This document shows, piece after piece, positions 18,727-28,016 of a stretch of 32,000 bases of DNA (positions are counted from its first letter, which is position 1; each line of letters opens with the position of its first letter). The stretch covers positions 510,001 to 542,000 of the forward strand of contig NZ_CP034549.1 in assembly GCF_003966335.1 (NCBI RefSeq). The letters are read 5' to 3'. The position numbers and the translations under genes were made by a program. The stretch comes from Nonlabens ponticola. Lineage in GTDB: Bacteria; Bacteroidota; Bacteroidia; Flavobacteriales; Flavobacteriaceae. The notes under the pieces were generated by a model. That model searched no databases. It had not been told where the DNA came from and saw nothing but the letters and a program-made list of their open reading frames with translations.

Positions 18727-18957
18727 ATGGAAGAAGTATTTAACGGTATCGCATATTTTTTTGAAGAAATCCTTCTAGTGCCATTCAACATGTTGAGAGA
18801 ACTAGAGGCAGAAAACTGGTGGCTAGCAAATCTAGTATCATGGATCGCAATCCTGATTTTAATTGTAGCCCTAGGTTACTGGATGAAGCAATTGCGCATC
18901 TTTGACAAAAATGATGAAGAAGACCGCAGCCAGACGGCACACAGCTTTCTAAAATAA
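18727..18957 (+). CDS. Small membrane protein (one TM helix, acidic C-terminus), unknown function
   Basis: 76-aa ORF with an ATG start. The TM segment is WLANLVSWIAILILIVALGYW. A good TTG-N19-TATTTTTG promoter precedes it. It is conserved-looking but functionally unassigned. Confidence 0.6.
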   Translation: MEEVFNGIAYFFEEILLVPFNMLRELEAENWWLANLVSWIAILILIVALGYWMKQLRIFDKNDEEDRSQTAHSFLK

Positions 18958-18958
18958 G

Positions 18959-20230
18959 TTATAGGTCAAAGCCTATATCCTCACGATAATACATCCTATC
19001 AAAATGCACTTTACGAGCATTGCGATAGGATTTTTTTGTGGCCTCTTGGTGCGATGCGGCAAAGCTTGTAATGGCTAGCACACGACCACCAGCGGTAATG
19101 GTTTTACCATCTTTGAGTGCCGTTCCTGCATGAAATACAATGCTGTCTTCCACTTTTTCCAAGCCTATTATTTCTTTACCTTTTTCATACACCTCTGGAT
19201 AGCCACCTGATACTAGCATGACGGTAGCTGCAGTTTGTTCATTGATTCTCAATTCTTCTTTATGTAGTTCCGCTTTCGCGAAAGCGTGCAAATGACCCAG
19301 CAAATCACTAGAAATACGCGGCAGTACAACCTCAGTCTCTGGATCGCCCATGCGCACATTGTACTCAATTACCTGCGGCTCGCCATCGACAATCATTAAA
19401 CCAATGAAAATGAAACCCTTGTAGGTGATTTGATCTTTTTTCAAACCATCCACGGTAGGTTTGATGATGCGCTCCTCAATCTTGTTCATGAGCGTCTCGT
19501 CTGCAAATGGTACTGGTGAGATCGCGCCCATGCCGCCTGTGTTGAGACCCGTGTCGTCTTCGCCGATGCGTTTGTAATCCTTGGCAGTAGGCATGACTTT
19601 ATAGGAGTCACCATCTGTCATGACAAAAACACTCATCTCGATGCCGTCTAGAAATTCTTCAATAACAACTTTGTTTGAAGCTGCGCCAAACTTTCCTCCA
19701 ACGAGCATTAGTTCCAGTGATTCTTTGGCTTCATCCGCACTTGGAATAATGAGAACACCTTTACCACCAGCGAGTCCATCAGCTTTTAAAACATAAGGTG
19801 GTTTAAGCTTATCAATGAATTGCATGCCTTGCTTTAGGGTTTCTTTATTGAAACTCTCATAAGCTGCAGTTGGAATGTCGTGCTTGATCATGAATTGCTT
19901 GGCAAACTCCTTACTTCCTTCCAGCACAGCACCTTGCTTTGATGGCCCAATAACATTGACATGCTGCAATTGCTCGTCCTCCTGAAAATAATCATAAATA
20001 CCTGCTACCAGCGGCGCTTCTGGACCCACGACTACCATGCTAATTTCCTTCTTGAGTACTAATGATTTGATAGCTTCAAAATCGGTAACCGATATATCAA
20101 CATTACTTGCAATTTGAGCCGTTCCTGCGTTACCTGGTGCTACAAATAGTTGAGTCAATTGATCGCTTGCCGCTATGGATCTTGCAAATGCATGCTCGCG
20201 ACCGCCGCTACCTAGAATAAGTACATTCAT
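18959..20230 (-). CDS. purD: Phosphoribosylamine--glycine ligase
   Basis: MNVLILGSGGREHA, the ATP-grasp core (ADGLAGGKGV ... EEFLDG.E.S) and VIEYN.R.GDPE are all present, at the full PurD length of 423 aa. Confidence 0.95.
   Translation of the reverse strand: MNVLILGSGGREHAFARSIAASDQLTQLFVAPGNAGTAQIASNVDISVTDFEAIKSLVLKKEISMVVVGPEAPLVAGIYDYFQEDEQLQHVNVIGPSKQGAVLEGSKEFAKQFMIKHDIPTAAYESFNKETLKQGMQFIDKLKPPYVLKADGLAGGKGVLIIPSADEAKESLELMLVGGKFGAASNKVVIEEFLDGIEMSVFVMTDGDSYKVMPTAKDYKRIGEDDTGLNTGGMGAISPVPFADETLMNKIEERIIKPTVDGLKKDQITYKGFIFIGLMIVDGEPQVIEYNVRMGDPETEVVLPRISSDLLGHLHAFAKAELHKEELRINEQTAATVMLVSGGYPEVYEKGKEIIGLEKVEDSIVFHAGTALKDGKTITAGGRVLAITSFAASHQEATKKSYRNARKVHFDRMYYREDIGFDL
19271..19286. 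repeat. HIP-like palindrome copy 7: CGCTTTCGCGAAAGCG (16-bp perfect)
   Basis: Read directly from the sequence. It lies inside purD and encodes AFAKA. Confidence 0.95.
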
Positions 20231-20249
20231 GAAAAAGGATATGAGCCAG

Positions 20250-20257
20250 CAAAAATA
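20250..20257 (-). promoter_or_regulatory. Candidate -7 box TATTTTTG for purD
   Basis: The minus strand reads TATTTTTG, 19 nt upstream of the purD ATG (20230). No clear -33 TTG is present. Confidence 0.3.
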
Positions 20258-20296
20258 AAAGTTTTACTTTGCCTGTAGGCTAATCTAGATTTTTAA

Positions 20297-21592
20297 ATGG
20301 CGCTTCCGTTTTTCAGAAAGAGTTTACAGTGGCGAGGCTTTGACCTCAAGAAAGCTACCCAGCATCTTACTGATATTTCAAATGGAAATCATGATGGTAT
20401 TGAAGAGCGTAAAAAAGCTATTCTAGAACATCACTTAAAGTTCAATGCCTTCTACAACTCTCACGTGAGCGATAAAACAGCCGCGTGGGAAGATTTACCA
20501 ATTCTCACCAAAGCAGACTTACAGCAACCGCTGCATCAACGTTTGAGCAAAGGATATAGCACTAAAAATGTCTTCAAAGGATCTACCAGTGGTTCCAGCG
20601 GGCATCCCTTTTCTTATGCCAAAGACAAATTTGCACATGCCACGGCATGGGCCTCATTTGATCATTTTTATCAGATGCACGGCATTGATCTGGATTACTC
20701 GCTGCAAGCTCGGTTTTATGGGATTCCGTTAAGTGGTGCTGGTAGGTACAAAGAGCTGTTTAAAGATTTGATAGCCAACCGACAGCGCTTCCCTATTTTC
20801 AATATGAGCGATGAGGTATTGGGTAAATTTGTGAAGCAGTTTGAAAAAAAACCGTTTGAATACATCAATGGTTATACAAGTAGCATAGTACTTTTTGCAA
20901 ATTACTGTGACTCCAACAAAACAAAGCTCAAAAAACTGTGTCCTACTTTAAAGGCTTGCATAGTAACAAGTGAGATGCTTTTTCCTGATGATCGTAAATT
21001 ATTGGAGCGCGTTTTTGATGTTCCTATACTCAACGAATACGGAGCCAGTGAGGTAGGTCTCATCGCCATGCAGGATGAAACTGGAATGATGAGAATTAAT
21101 GACTTGACTTTGTGTGTTGAGATTGTTGATGACGAGAACAAACCAGTAGAAAATGGCGAGATAGGCAACATTATAGTGAGCGATCTCTATAACAAAGCGC
21201 ATCCATTCATCAGATATGCTATTGGTGATATTGGCAGCATTGTCGAGGATGAAAACGGTCATTTATATTTGAAAGAACTACAAGGTCGTACCAGTGATGT
21301 AGCCCGATTTGCTAATGGAAAAGTCATTCCAGGACTGACTTTCTATTATGTGACGAAAAGCGTTATCAGCGATGACTCAAACGTCAAGGAATTTATCGTT
21401 ATTCAAAAATCTCATGAGCTTTTTGAAATCGAGTATGTAGCTGACCAGCCACTTACAGACACAGAAAAGTCTAAGGTTGAAAAGAAGATGCTGGAATATA
21501 CGGGACAACAACTCTCTATTGAATTCACCCGATTACCTGCACTAGACCGCAGCAAACGAGGTAAATTGAAACAGTTTACAACATTGATCTAA
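20297..21592 (+). CDS. Adenylate-forming enzyme of the phenylacetate-CoA ligase / CapK family
   Basis: The P-loop-like motif is GSTSGSSGHPFSY. The YGASE motif is NEYGASEVG, and a C-terminal lysine sits in the context KRGKLKQF. The 431-aa size matches CapK-like proteins of capsule loci. Confidence 0.75.
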   Translation: MALPFFRKSLQWRGFDLKKATQHLTDISNGNHDGIEERKKAILEHHLKFNAFYNSHVSDKTAAWEDLPILTKADLQQPLHQRLSKGYSTKNVFKGSTSGSSGHPFSYAKDKFAHATAWASFDHFYQMHGIDLDYSLQARFYGIPLSGAGRYKELFKDLIANRQRFPIFNMSDEVLGKFVKQFEKKPFEYINGYTSSIVLFANYCDSNKTKLKKLCPTLKACIVTSEMLFPDDRKLLERVFDVPILNEYGASEVGLIAMQDETGMMRINDLTLCVEIVDDENKPVENGEIGNIIVSDLYNKAHPFIRYAIGDIGSIVEDENGHLYLKELQGRTSDVARFANGKVIPGLTFYYVTKSVISDDSNVKEFIVIQKSHELFEIEYVADQPLTDTEKSKVEKKMLEYTGQQLSIEFTRLPALDRSKRGKLKQFTTLI

Positions 21593-21612
21593 TTTCAAGA
21601 TTCAGTTTGAAA

Positions 21613-22386
21613 CTAAATACTTTTCTTCAGCTTGCGCTTGACCAAGAATTGTTCGTAGAAAAAACTCAACATTTTAAGGCTACTTTTTATACTTCCATAG
21701 CCTAAATGCTCACGATAAACTGCATAATTATACTTGATCAAACCCCATTTGGATGCCGATAAGCCATCGCCCAATCTGTAAGAAGCAATAGGCTCTTGAA
21801 TCCCGATGGCATCGCCGCCAGTTTTAAGGACGTCCAGCCACATGGCCCAATCCTGTCGTTTGCGCATGAGCGGTATCGGGATTTTACCTATGGCACTGGC
21901 GTCATAGATTCCTGTTAGATTACCTAGGTAATTGGTCTTAAGCAGCTCTTTATAAGTCAATACAGAGAAAACCTTGTGTATAGCTATTGGCTTGTCTGGA
22001 TCATTTTCAAAGATTTCATAAGCTCCATAACTTACCGCCTTGCCGCCTTCCTGCATGGCTTGTATCTGCGTGGTCAATTTATGCGGTTTCCATAAATCGT
22101 CTGCATCCAAGAATGCTATGTAGCGACCTGTCGCGAGTTCCAGAGCTTTGTTGCGTGTAAATCCAGCACCCTTGTTAGAATGGTTTTGGAGTAATTTGAA
22201 GTCTATGCCTTGCGCGGTGTTTTTTGAGGTATAATCTTTCGCGAAAGCGTAACTACCATCATCACTTTTATCATCAACGAGACATATCTCAATAGGTCTA
22301 TAATCTTGCTGCACGATGCTGTCCAGCGCCTGCCCTAACGTGTCTATCGCATTGAAAACTGGCATGATGACCGAGACGAGATCCAT
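21613..22386 (-). CDS. Family 2 glycosyltransferase
   Basis: VSVIMPVFNA, VDDKSDDGS and the DxD motif FLDADDLW are present. Its start abuts the stop of the upstream sugar transferase (22386/22387). Confidence 0.85.
   Translation of the reverse strand: MDLVSVIMPVFNAIDTLGQALDSIVQQDYRPIEICLVDDKSDDGSYAFAKDYTSKNTAQGIDFKLLQNHSNKGAGFTRNKALELATGRYIAFLDADDLWKPHKLTTQIQAMQEGGKAVSYGAYEIFENDPDKPIAIHKVFSVLTYKELLKTNYLGNLTGIYDASAIGKIPIPLMRKRQDWAMWLDVLKTGGDAIGIQEPIASYRLGDGLSASKWGLIKYNYAVYREHLGYGSIKSSLKMLSFFYEQFLVKRKLKKSI
22235..22250. repeat. HIP-like palindrome copy 8, degenerate: tCTTTCGCGAAAGCGT (13/14 of the core)
   Basis: Read directly from the sequence. It lies inside the GT2 gene and encodes AFAKD. 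Confidence 0.8.
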
Positions 22387-23778
22387 CTAGTAAGCTTTGT
22401 CTTCACCAGTAAAAATATTGCGCACGGTTCTAGCAATGATATTGAGATCCAGCATGGTGCTCCAGTTCTCGATGTAGTGAATGTCGTTGCGCACGCGGCC
22501 TATGATATCTTCTTCAGTCTCTACCTCGCCGCGATAACCGCTCACTTGTGCCAGTCCTGTGATTCCAGGTTTTACAAAGTGACGTACCATGAATTTATCC
22601 ACACGCTCTGCATACATGTGTGTATGGCTTACCATATGTGGTCGTGGACCAACCACGCTCATATCACCCTTAAACACATTGAAAAACTGCGGTAGTTCAT
22701 CAATACTGGTTTTGCGCATCAACTTACCCATTTTGGTAATGCGTTGATCGCCTCTGGTCACCTGATGTATATGTGCCCGATCATTAGGGCGCATAGATCT
22801 AAATTTATAACACTCAAACTCTTGATAGTCAAGTCCATTACGGCTTTGCTTAAAAAACACTGGACCTTTAGATTCTAATTTTATAAGCAATCCTATCAAC
22901 GGCGTGAGCCATGACAAGACTCCTACTATTACTATTCCTGAAAATAGGATGTCAAAAGAACGCTTTGCAAATTGATTGACTGGATCGTCCAGCGGTATCT
23001 TGCGCAGGCTAGTCACTGGTGTGCTGCCATAATACTCGTACTTGAGTTGCTTTGACCTGATGTTTTCCTTGTCCAGGATAAACTTGAGCGTGCGCATGTT
23101 ATTATCGGCAAAATCAGTAAGTTCTAGCAGCTCTTTATCATTCACATCACTCACACTGCAAAAGATCTCATCTACCTTGTGTGCTGTGACATATTCCTTA
23201 ACCTGTGCAAGAGAGTACCCTGTAAATGAGGTGTCAAACATTTGTTTGATGCGATAACCATAGTCAGTATTGACCTTGAGAAATTTATGAAGCTGTGTCG
23301 TGTGCTCATTTTTCCCAACAATAACTATACTTCTAAAATTACCGCCCAAGGATTGACGATAAATTTTAAAGGCATAGAAAACAATGATTTTAATAACAGA
23401 AATAATCACAAAAACCGAGGAGACGTATTGAAAAACCGGCATGCTATTATTTGCAATTTGATAGTAATATCCAAAGAAGGCAAACACGATAAACAGGAAC
23501 ATGACAAACTGCTTGAGAATCTTCCACAAGACTTGAAATAAGGTTGTATTGCGATGAATTTGATAAAATTCTAACTGGATAGAACCCACGATCCAGCAAA
23601 TACCAATGAATATGGAAAAGGAAATGTTATCAAAATCGGCAGCGAAGAAGAAACTCGTGCTACCCATGATCACCAGCAAATCCAGCAAGTACTGGAATGG
23701 CCTCGCAAGACTAGAATAGCGGCTATCGCGATAAGTCAGGCTATCTTTTAATATGCTGTCTGAAGTCCTTGTGTTCAC
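22387..23778 (-). CDS. Initiating polyprenyl-phosphate hexose-1-phosphate transferase (WcaJ / bacterial sugar transferase family)
   Basis: An N-terminal TM bundle precedes the C-terminal PF02397-type domain (KRSFDILFS ... [10 protein letters not shown] ... [21 protein letters not shown]). The start is uncertain. GTG 23778 keeps the family-typical [17 protein letters not shown]-terminus but overlaps the upstream gene by 38 nt. The alternatives are TTG 23820 and ATG 23667. Confidence 0.8.
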   Translation of the reverse strand: MNTRTSDSILKDSLTYRDSRYSSLARPFQYLLDLLVIMGSTSFFFAADFDNISFSIFIGICWIVGSIQLEFYQIHRNTTLFQVLWKILKQFVMFLFIVFAFFGYYYQIANNSMPVFQYVSSVFVIISVIKIIVFYAFKIYRQSLGGNFRSIVIVGKNEHTTQLHKFLKVNTDYGYRIKQMFDTSFTGYSLAQVKEYVTAHKVDEIFCSVSDVNDKELLELTDFADNNMRTLKFILDKENIRSKQLKYEYYGSTPVTSLRKIPLDDPVNQFAKRSFDILFSGIVIVGVLSWLTPLIGLLIKLESKGPVFFKQSRNGLDYQEFECYKFRSMRPNDRAHIHQVTRGDQRITKMGKLMRKTSIDELPQFFNVFKGDMSVVGPRPHMVSHTHMYAERVDKFMVRHFVKPGITGLAQVSGYRGEVETEEDIIGRVRNDIHYIENWSTMLDLNIIARTVRNIFTGEDKAY

Positions 23779-24730
23779 TTTTTTGCAATTCTTCTGGAGA
23801 CAATCCCTTGAAGTACTCAAAAGTACGTCTCATTCCTTCCTCACGACCTATTTTAGGTTCCCAATCAAGTAGCTTTTTGGCTAGGCTTATGTCTGGTCTT
23901 CTTTTAAGTGGATCGTCTGTAGGTAGCGGTTTGTGCGTCAACTTTTGATCAGTTCCTGTAAGCTTCAGGATTTCTTGAGCAAATTCCTTTATTGTAATCT
24001 CATGTGGGTTACCAATATTCACTGGCCCAGAATAGTCGCTATGCAGTAAACGATAGATGCCTTCTACCTGATCATCAACATAGCAAAAGGATCTTGTCTG
24101 CGACCCATCGCCAAAAATGGTCAAATCCTCACCTCGCAACGCCTGTCCCATAAATGCTGGAATCACACGACCATCATTGAGTCGCATACGCGGGCCGTAC
24201 GTATTAAAAATACGCACGATGCGTGTCTCTAGGCCGTGATATCTGTGATAGGCCATGGTCATAGATTCCTGGAAGCGTTTTGCCTCGTCATAAACGCCGC
24301 GTGGTCCTATGGTGTTGACGTTACCGTAATAGGTTTCGGCTTGTGGATGCACTTGTGGATCTCCATAAACCTCAGATGTTGAGGCGATGAGTAGCCTGGC
24401 TTTTTTGGCCATTGCAAGACCTAACAAATTGTGGGTTCCTAGAGATCCAACCTTGAGTGTCTGGATAGGAATTTTTAAGTAATCAATAGGGCTTGCTGGT
24501 GAAGCAAAGTGTAATATGTAATCCAGTTTACCAGCAACATGTACAAATTTTGAAACGTCATGATGATGAAATTCAAAATTCTCTAGCGGGAAAAGGTGTT
24601 CTATATTCTTGAGATCGCCAGTGATTAAGTTGTCCATAGCGACCACGTCATAACCTTCCTTGATAAATCGATCACATAGATGTGATCCTAAAAATCCTGC
24701 TGCGCCTGTTATAAGAACTCTTTTTGCCAT
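23741..24730 (-). CDS. UDP-glucuronate decarboxylase (UDP-xylose synthase), SDR family
   Basis: [15 protein letters not shown] (Rossmann fold), STSEVYG and the YDEAKR catalytic motif are present. Its length and C-terminal RRPDI...A...L.W.P are typical of UXS. Confidence 0.85.
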   Translation of the reverse strand: MAKRVLITGAAGFLGSHLCDRFIKEGYDVVAMDNLITGDLKNIEHLFPLENFEFHHHDVSKFVHVAGKLDYILHFASPASPIDYLKIPIQTLKVGSLGTHNLLGLAMAKKARLLIASTSEVYGDPQVHPQAETYYGNVNTIGPRGVYDEAKRFQESMTMAYHRYHGLETRIVRIFNTYGPRMRLNDGRVIPAFMGQALRGEDLTIFGDGSQTRSFCYVDDQVEGIYRLLHSDYSGPVNIGNPHEITIKEFAQEILKLTGTDQKLTHKPLPTDDPLKRRPDISLAKKLLDWEPKIGREEGMRRTFEYFKGLSPEELQKSEHKDFRQHIKR

Positions 24731-24770
24731 GATTATTGATAAAAGTTAAAAATAGTGATTCCCATGCTAA

Positions 24771-25985
24771 CTATACCTGCTGCGATAATGCCTCGATCCA
24801 TTGACTCAAAATTTGATCCTTTCCAAAGTTTGCTACCACATACTCTCTCGCACTTCTGCCTAATTTCTCTTGTGACTGTTGATCTGCTTGCCATTGCTGC
24901 ATAATCTCAATGGCCTTATCTACATTATAATTTGTCATGTAGACGCCTGCTTGAGCATCTTCAATGACTGTTTTAACCTCTGATAGTTTGTTTCCAACGA
25001 CCAGTGATGGTCTTGCACTGGCCATCATGCCTAGAAGTTTTGAAGGCATCACGGTATCGATGACATCTTCTTTTTGGAAAAGGATGTGCGCATCTGCACT
25101 GCAAAGCAAGTCGGATAAGTCATCGTAAGGTATAGGCTCATAAAAACTGACGTTTTCTTGTGAGAGCTGCCCTTGTAACCAGGTAAATTGAGAACCAGCT
25201 CCTACTATGGTTATGTGATAGTCTTTTTGTGGTAACGCTTTCGCGAAAGCAATAAAAAATTCCCAATCCTGTTTATCACCAACATTGCCGCTATATAAAA
25301 TCTTGAATCTAGGATCCTTTAGGTAGGCGTGAGTCTGTGAATGGGATGGATCGATCTTCACAGGATCAATCCAGTTGGGCAAATAGTATGTCTCGCTGGT
25401 AGTTTTTGATTTAAGCTTTGAAATCATCAAATGGCTGATGGTACTTACCACGCTAGCTCTATCTAGCAGCTTACTTTCAAATTTGAATAGCGCTTTGAAA
25501 ATCGACTTTTTACCAGAGCCTGAAAGTCCAGACTGCAGGGCAGCATCAAACTCAAAGTCTTGTATGTGAATCCAGTGATTGACTTTCCTGCGAGCGGCAT
25601 GTCGTTTACCCAGCGCCGCTGCTGCTGTAAACGGAATAATGGAAATAACCAGATCTGCTTTCTTGATACGCGACAGATTCCAAAAGCTACCCCATGAAAA
25701 ACTCAATAAATGAATGATGCGTTTGATGAAACTGGGCTTCTCTGGAACGTAGAATTTATAGCGGTAGATATCGCGGCCAGGCTGTTTTTCATGAACGTAT
25801 GACTTGCCTATATCATAGGGCGCCTGGATCTTCCAGTGCGGATAATAAGGTACGGCAGTAACCACATTGACATGGGCGCCAGCAGCTACTAGCGCATCCA
25901 CCATCTGGGTAGAATACAATCCTATCGCGGTATCTTCTGGCGCATAGTTAAGCCCAATAAAGGTGATGGATTTGCCCTGCAACAT
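24771..25985 (-). CDS. wcaI: WcaI-family glycosyltransferase (GT4)
   Basis: The N-terminus ITFIGLNYAPEDTAIGLYSTQM...VTAVPYYPHWKI matches the characteristic WcaI N-terminus (INY.PE.TGIG.Y...M...V.T..PYYP.W). Confidence 0.8.
   Translation of the reverse strand: MLQGKSITFIGLNYAPEDTAIGLYSTQMVDALVAAGAHVNVVTAVPYYPHWKIQAPYDIGKSYVHEKQPGRDIYRYKFYVPEKPSFIKRIIHLLSFSWGSFWNLSRIKKADLVISIIPFTAAAALGKRHAARRKVNHWIHIQDFEFDAALQSGLSGSGKKSIFKALFKFESKLLDRASVVSTISHLMISKLKSKTTSETYYLPNWIDPVKIDPSHSQTHAYLKDPRFKILYSGNVGDKQDWEFFIAFAKALPQKDYHITIVGAGSQFTWLQGQLSQENVSFYEPIPYDDLSDLLCSADAHILFQKEDVIDTVMPSKLLGMMASARPSLVVGNKLSEVKTVIEDAQAGVYMTNYNVDKAIEIMQQWQADQQSQEKLGRSAREYVVANFGKDQILSQWIEALSQQV
25237..25250. repeat. HIP-like palindrome copy 9: GCTTTCGCGAAAGC
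   Basis: Read directly from the sequence. It lies inside wcaI and encodes AFAKA. Confidence 0.95.
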
Positions 25986-25986
25986 A

Positions 25987-26541
25987 CTATCGATTTCTGA
26001 TAATCACCGCTGGACTACCAGCACAAATCTTTCCTGCTGGAATATTTTTAAAAACACTACTGCGTGCGCCAATGACGCTGCCATCGCCTATGGATAGTCC
26101 TGGCGCCACAAACACATCTGTAGCGAGCCAGCATTGATCGCCGATAGTGATATCGTGCGATTCAATATCAAAGGCGACCGCATTATAATCATGAGTACCT
26201 GTACAAATGTATGACCGCTGTGAAACCACTGTATTTTTACCTATGTTGATCCTACCTAGACTATATAAAATCACCTCATCGCCTATCCAGCTATGATCGC
26301 CTATAGTTACCTTCCACGGGAACTGTGTCTTTACGGTAGGTCTTACGATAACATTTCTACCGATGTTGGCCCCAAATGCTCTCAACAAAAACCTGCGCCA
26401 TCCGTACATGAATTGAGGCGAGCAGGCAAAAAGTGTAGACTGCACAATCCACCACAATTGAACGGTAACCGCACCACGACCACGGAAGTTGGGTGGTAAT
26501 TTGAATTGATCCAGCTGCTGGTATGTTTTCTCACCTGCCAT
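25987..26541 (-). CDS. wcaF: Hexapeptide-repeat O-acetyltransferase, WcaF type
   Basis: It is close along its length to E. coli WcaF as I recall it: VQLWW.VQ.TLFA.SPQ, IRP.VK...PWK...GD..W.GD.V.LY.LG.I.IG, ATDVFVAPG..IGDG.V.GARSSVFK. Confidence 0.85.
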   Translation of the reverse strand: MAGEKTYQQLDQFKLPPNFRGRGAVTVQLWWIVQSTLFACSPQFMYGWRRFLLRAFGANIGRNVIVRPTVKTQFPWKVTIGDHSWIGDEVILYSLGRINIGKNTVVSQRSYICTGTHDYNAVAFDIESHDITIGDQCWLATDVFVAPGLSIGDGSVIGARSSVFKNIPAGKICAGSPAVIIRNR

Positions 26542-27962
26542 CAGTCACTAGCTCTTTTAAGCGGTTGGTAAACTTTGAATTTCCAATCATCAAAATTCTG
26601 TGGTTTCTGTGATACTATGGTAATCGTATGTTTTGTGTTGGGTAGGCCTTTTACAATAGTGTATTGACCAGACTTATCAACCCTCATGGGATCCATGAAA
26701 AGGGGCAATGTTTCAAATTTTATTTCTTGCTGATAGACCTTTTCATCGATCATTCTTTTTGACGGCGGTAAGAATCTTACATCACTGGGAATAAAGGAAA
26801 TGCGTCCAGAGTTTGATTTAAAGTCACTGCCAGACGCACCGCTGCCATCTGTGCCTGTCTTGCTGCCCGTGAGATCTAACTTATAGGTGCTTTTATCATA
26901 ATCAATATCATAAAAGTTTAAGGTCCATTCCTCTTCCAAATATTCAATATTATCATCCAGACCTATACTGCTGATTGCTGGATACCACTGACCCGGAAAA
27001 CGGCCCAATCTGGTGACATAAAATAAGTTGCTTTTAAGAGCTCTTTTATCATCGATAAATATCTGAAAATCTGACTTTTTAATTCCTGCAGGAATGATAG
27101 CATCAATCCTATTGCCTTCAAATGATAATTTCAATTGCTTACTAGACTGGATATCAATAAATGCAGTATCAATGTACTGCACTTTTTTGATAGGACTAGT
27201 ACTCTGTATTGACAAACCTTTCCTTATGGATTGTTTAATGATAAAATGTAATAGATCCTTTCCTAGGTCATTTGGGTGCACACGATCCTTGAGTAGGTCG
27301 GTAATTACCAATTCTGGATTGAGGTCCAGGAATTCTTTCCAATATTTCCTTACCTCGATAAAGCCAAATCCATTTTCAATAGCCAGAGACTTCATGATAT
27401 TGGACTTTTTTGACTCACCTTCATTGAGACGACGTTGTCCACCTTCATCATTGACAAACGAGTAATGATGATCAAAAATCAGTACATCACTACCTAATCT
27501 GAGCCTGATCTCCTTAAAAAATTCATTGAGCACACCATCCTTGATACCGCCATAAACATGAAAAACAAGCAAGTCAGGATAATGGGGATACAAATCACTG
27601 GATGCCGTACGTATGAGTGTCGGTGCCCGGAAACCACCTATGCCATTATTAATAACTTGTACTTCTTGCTTTGGTAGCAAGTCATCAAAAAACTCCTGTA
27701 ATGACTTGTTTTCCAGGCTTGCAACAATGGACTGACCATACATCTGTACTAAAAATGACTCTCCAGGAACACCTGTATTCTTGATCCTGCGCAAGTTGTC
27801 CAGATGGTTTGCTACTAGCGTATCTGCTGTGATTTCAGGTAGTTTGTAATCGCTTAATTTTTGAGCATAAAGTGGGGCGGCGCTCAAAAACATAATGGCA
27901 AATATAATTAGCGATTTGAAAGCGAGACAATGGTTTAAAAAGTATGGTGTTTTAGAGCTCAT
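26541..27962 (-). CDS. Secreted SGNH/GDSL-like hydrolase with a C-terminal domain of unknown function
   Basis: The signal peptide ends ...AAPLYAQ, counted from the ATG at 27962. The SGNH blocks are I MYGQSIV (GQS instead of GDS), II NNGIGGFRAP, III VFHVYGGIKDG and V DRVHPN. About 230 aa of beta-rich sequence follow. Its stop overlaps the wcaF start by 1 nt. Confidence 0.7.
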   Translation of the reverse strand: MSSKTPYFLNHCLAFKSLIIFAIMFLSAAPLYAQKLSDYKLPEITADTLVANHLDNLRRIKNTGVPGESFLVQMYGQSIVASLENKSLQEFFDDLLPKQEVQVINNGIGGFRAPTLIRTASSDLYPHYPDLLVFHVYGGIKDGVLNEFFKEIRLRLGSDVLIFDHHYSFVNDEGGQRRLNEGESKKSNIMKSLAIENGFGFIEVRKYWKEFLDLNPELVITDLLKDRVHPNDLGKDLLHFIIKQSIRKGLSIQSTSPIKKVQYIDTAFIDIQSSKQLKLSFEGNRIDAIIPAGIKKSDFQIFIDDKRALKSNLFYVTRLGRFPGQWYPAISSIGLDDNIEYLEEEWTLNFYDIDYDKSTYKLDLTGSKTGTDGSGASGSDFKSNSGRISFIPSDVRFLPPSKRMIDEKVYQQEIKFETLPLFMDPMRVDKSGQYTIVKGLPNTKHTITIVSQKPQNFDDWKFKVYQPLKRASD

Positions 27963-28016
27963 AGCAAGATTCAAAGGTATGAAAACATGTCTAGCATGTA
28001 AGACCTTGCTTACACA

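Noticed and set aside
21593-21612. TTTCAA-N8-TTGAAA inverted repeat between the convergent CapK-like and GT2 genes, as a terminator
   Set aside because: The stem is 6 bp and entirely A/T-rich, so predicted stability is low. I did not list it as a feature.
6098-25250. AFAKA as a conserved protein motif explaining the repeat
   Set aside because: The same DNA word is translated as AFAKA, RFRES/SFRES and LSRKR in different genes, and it also occurs in non-coding DNA. Selection on a peptide therefore cannot explain it.
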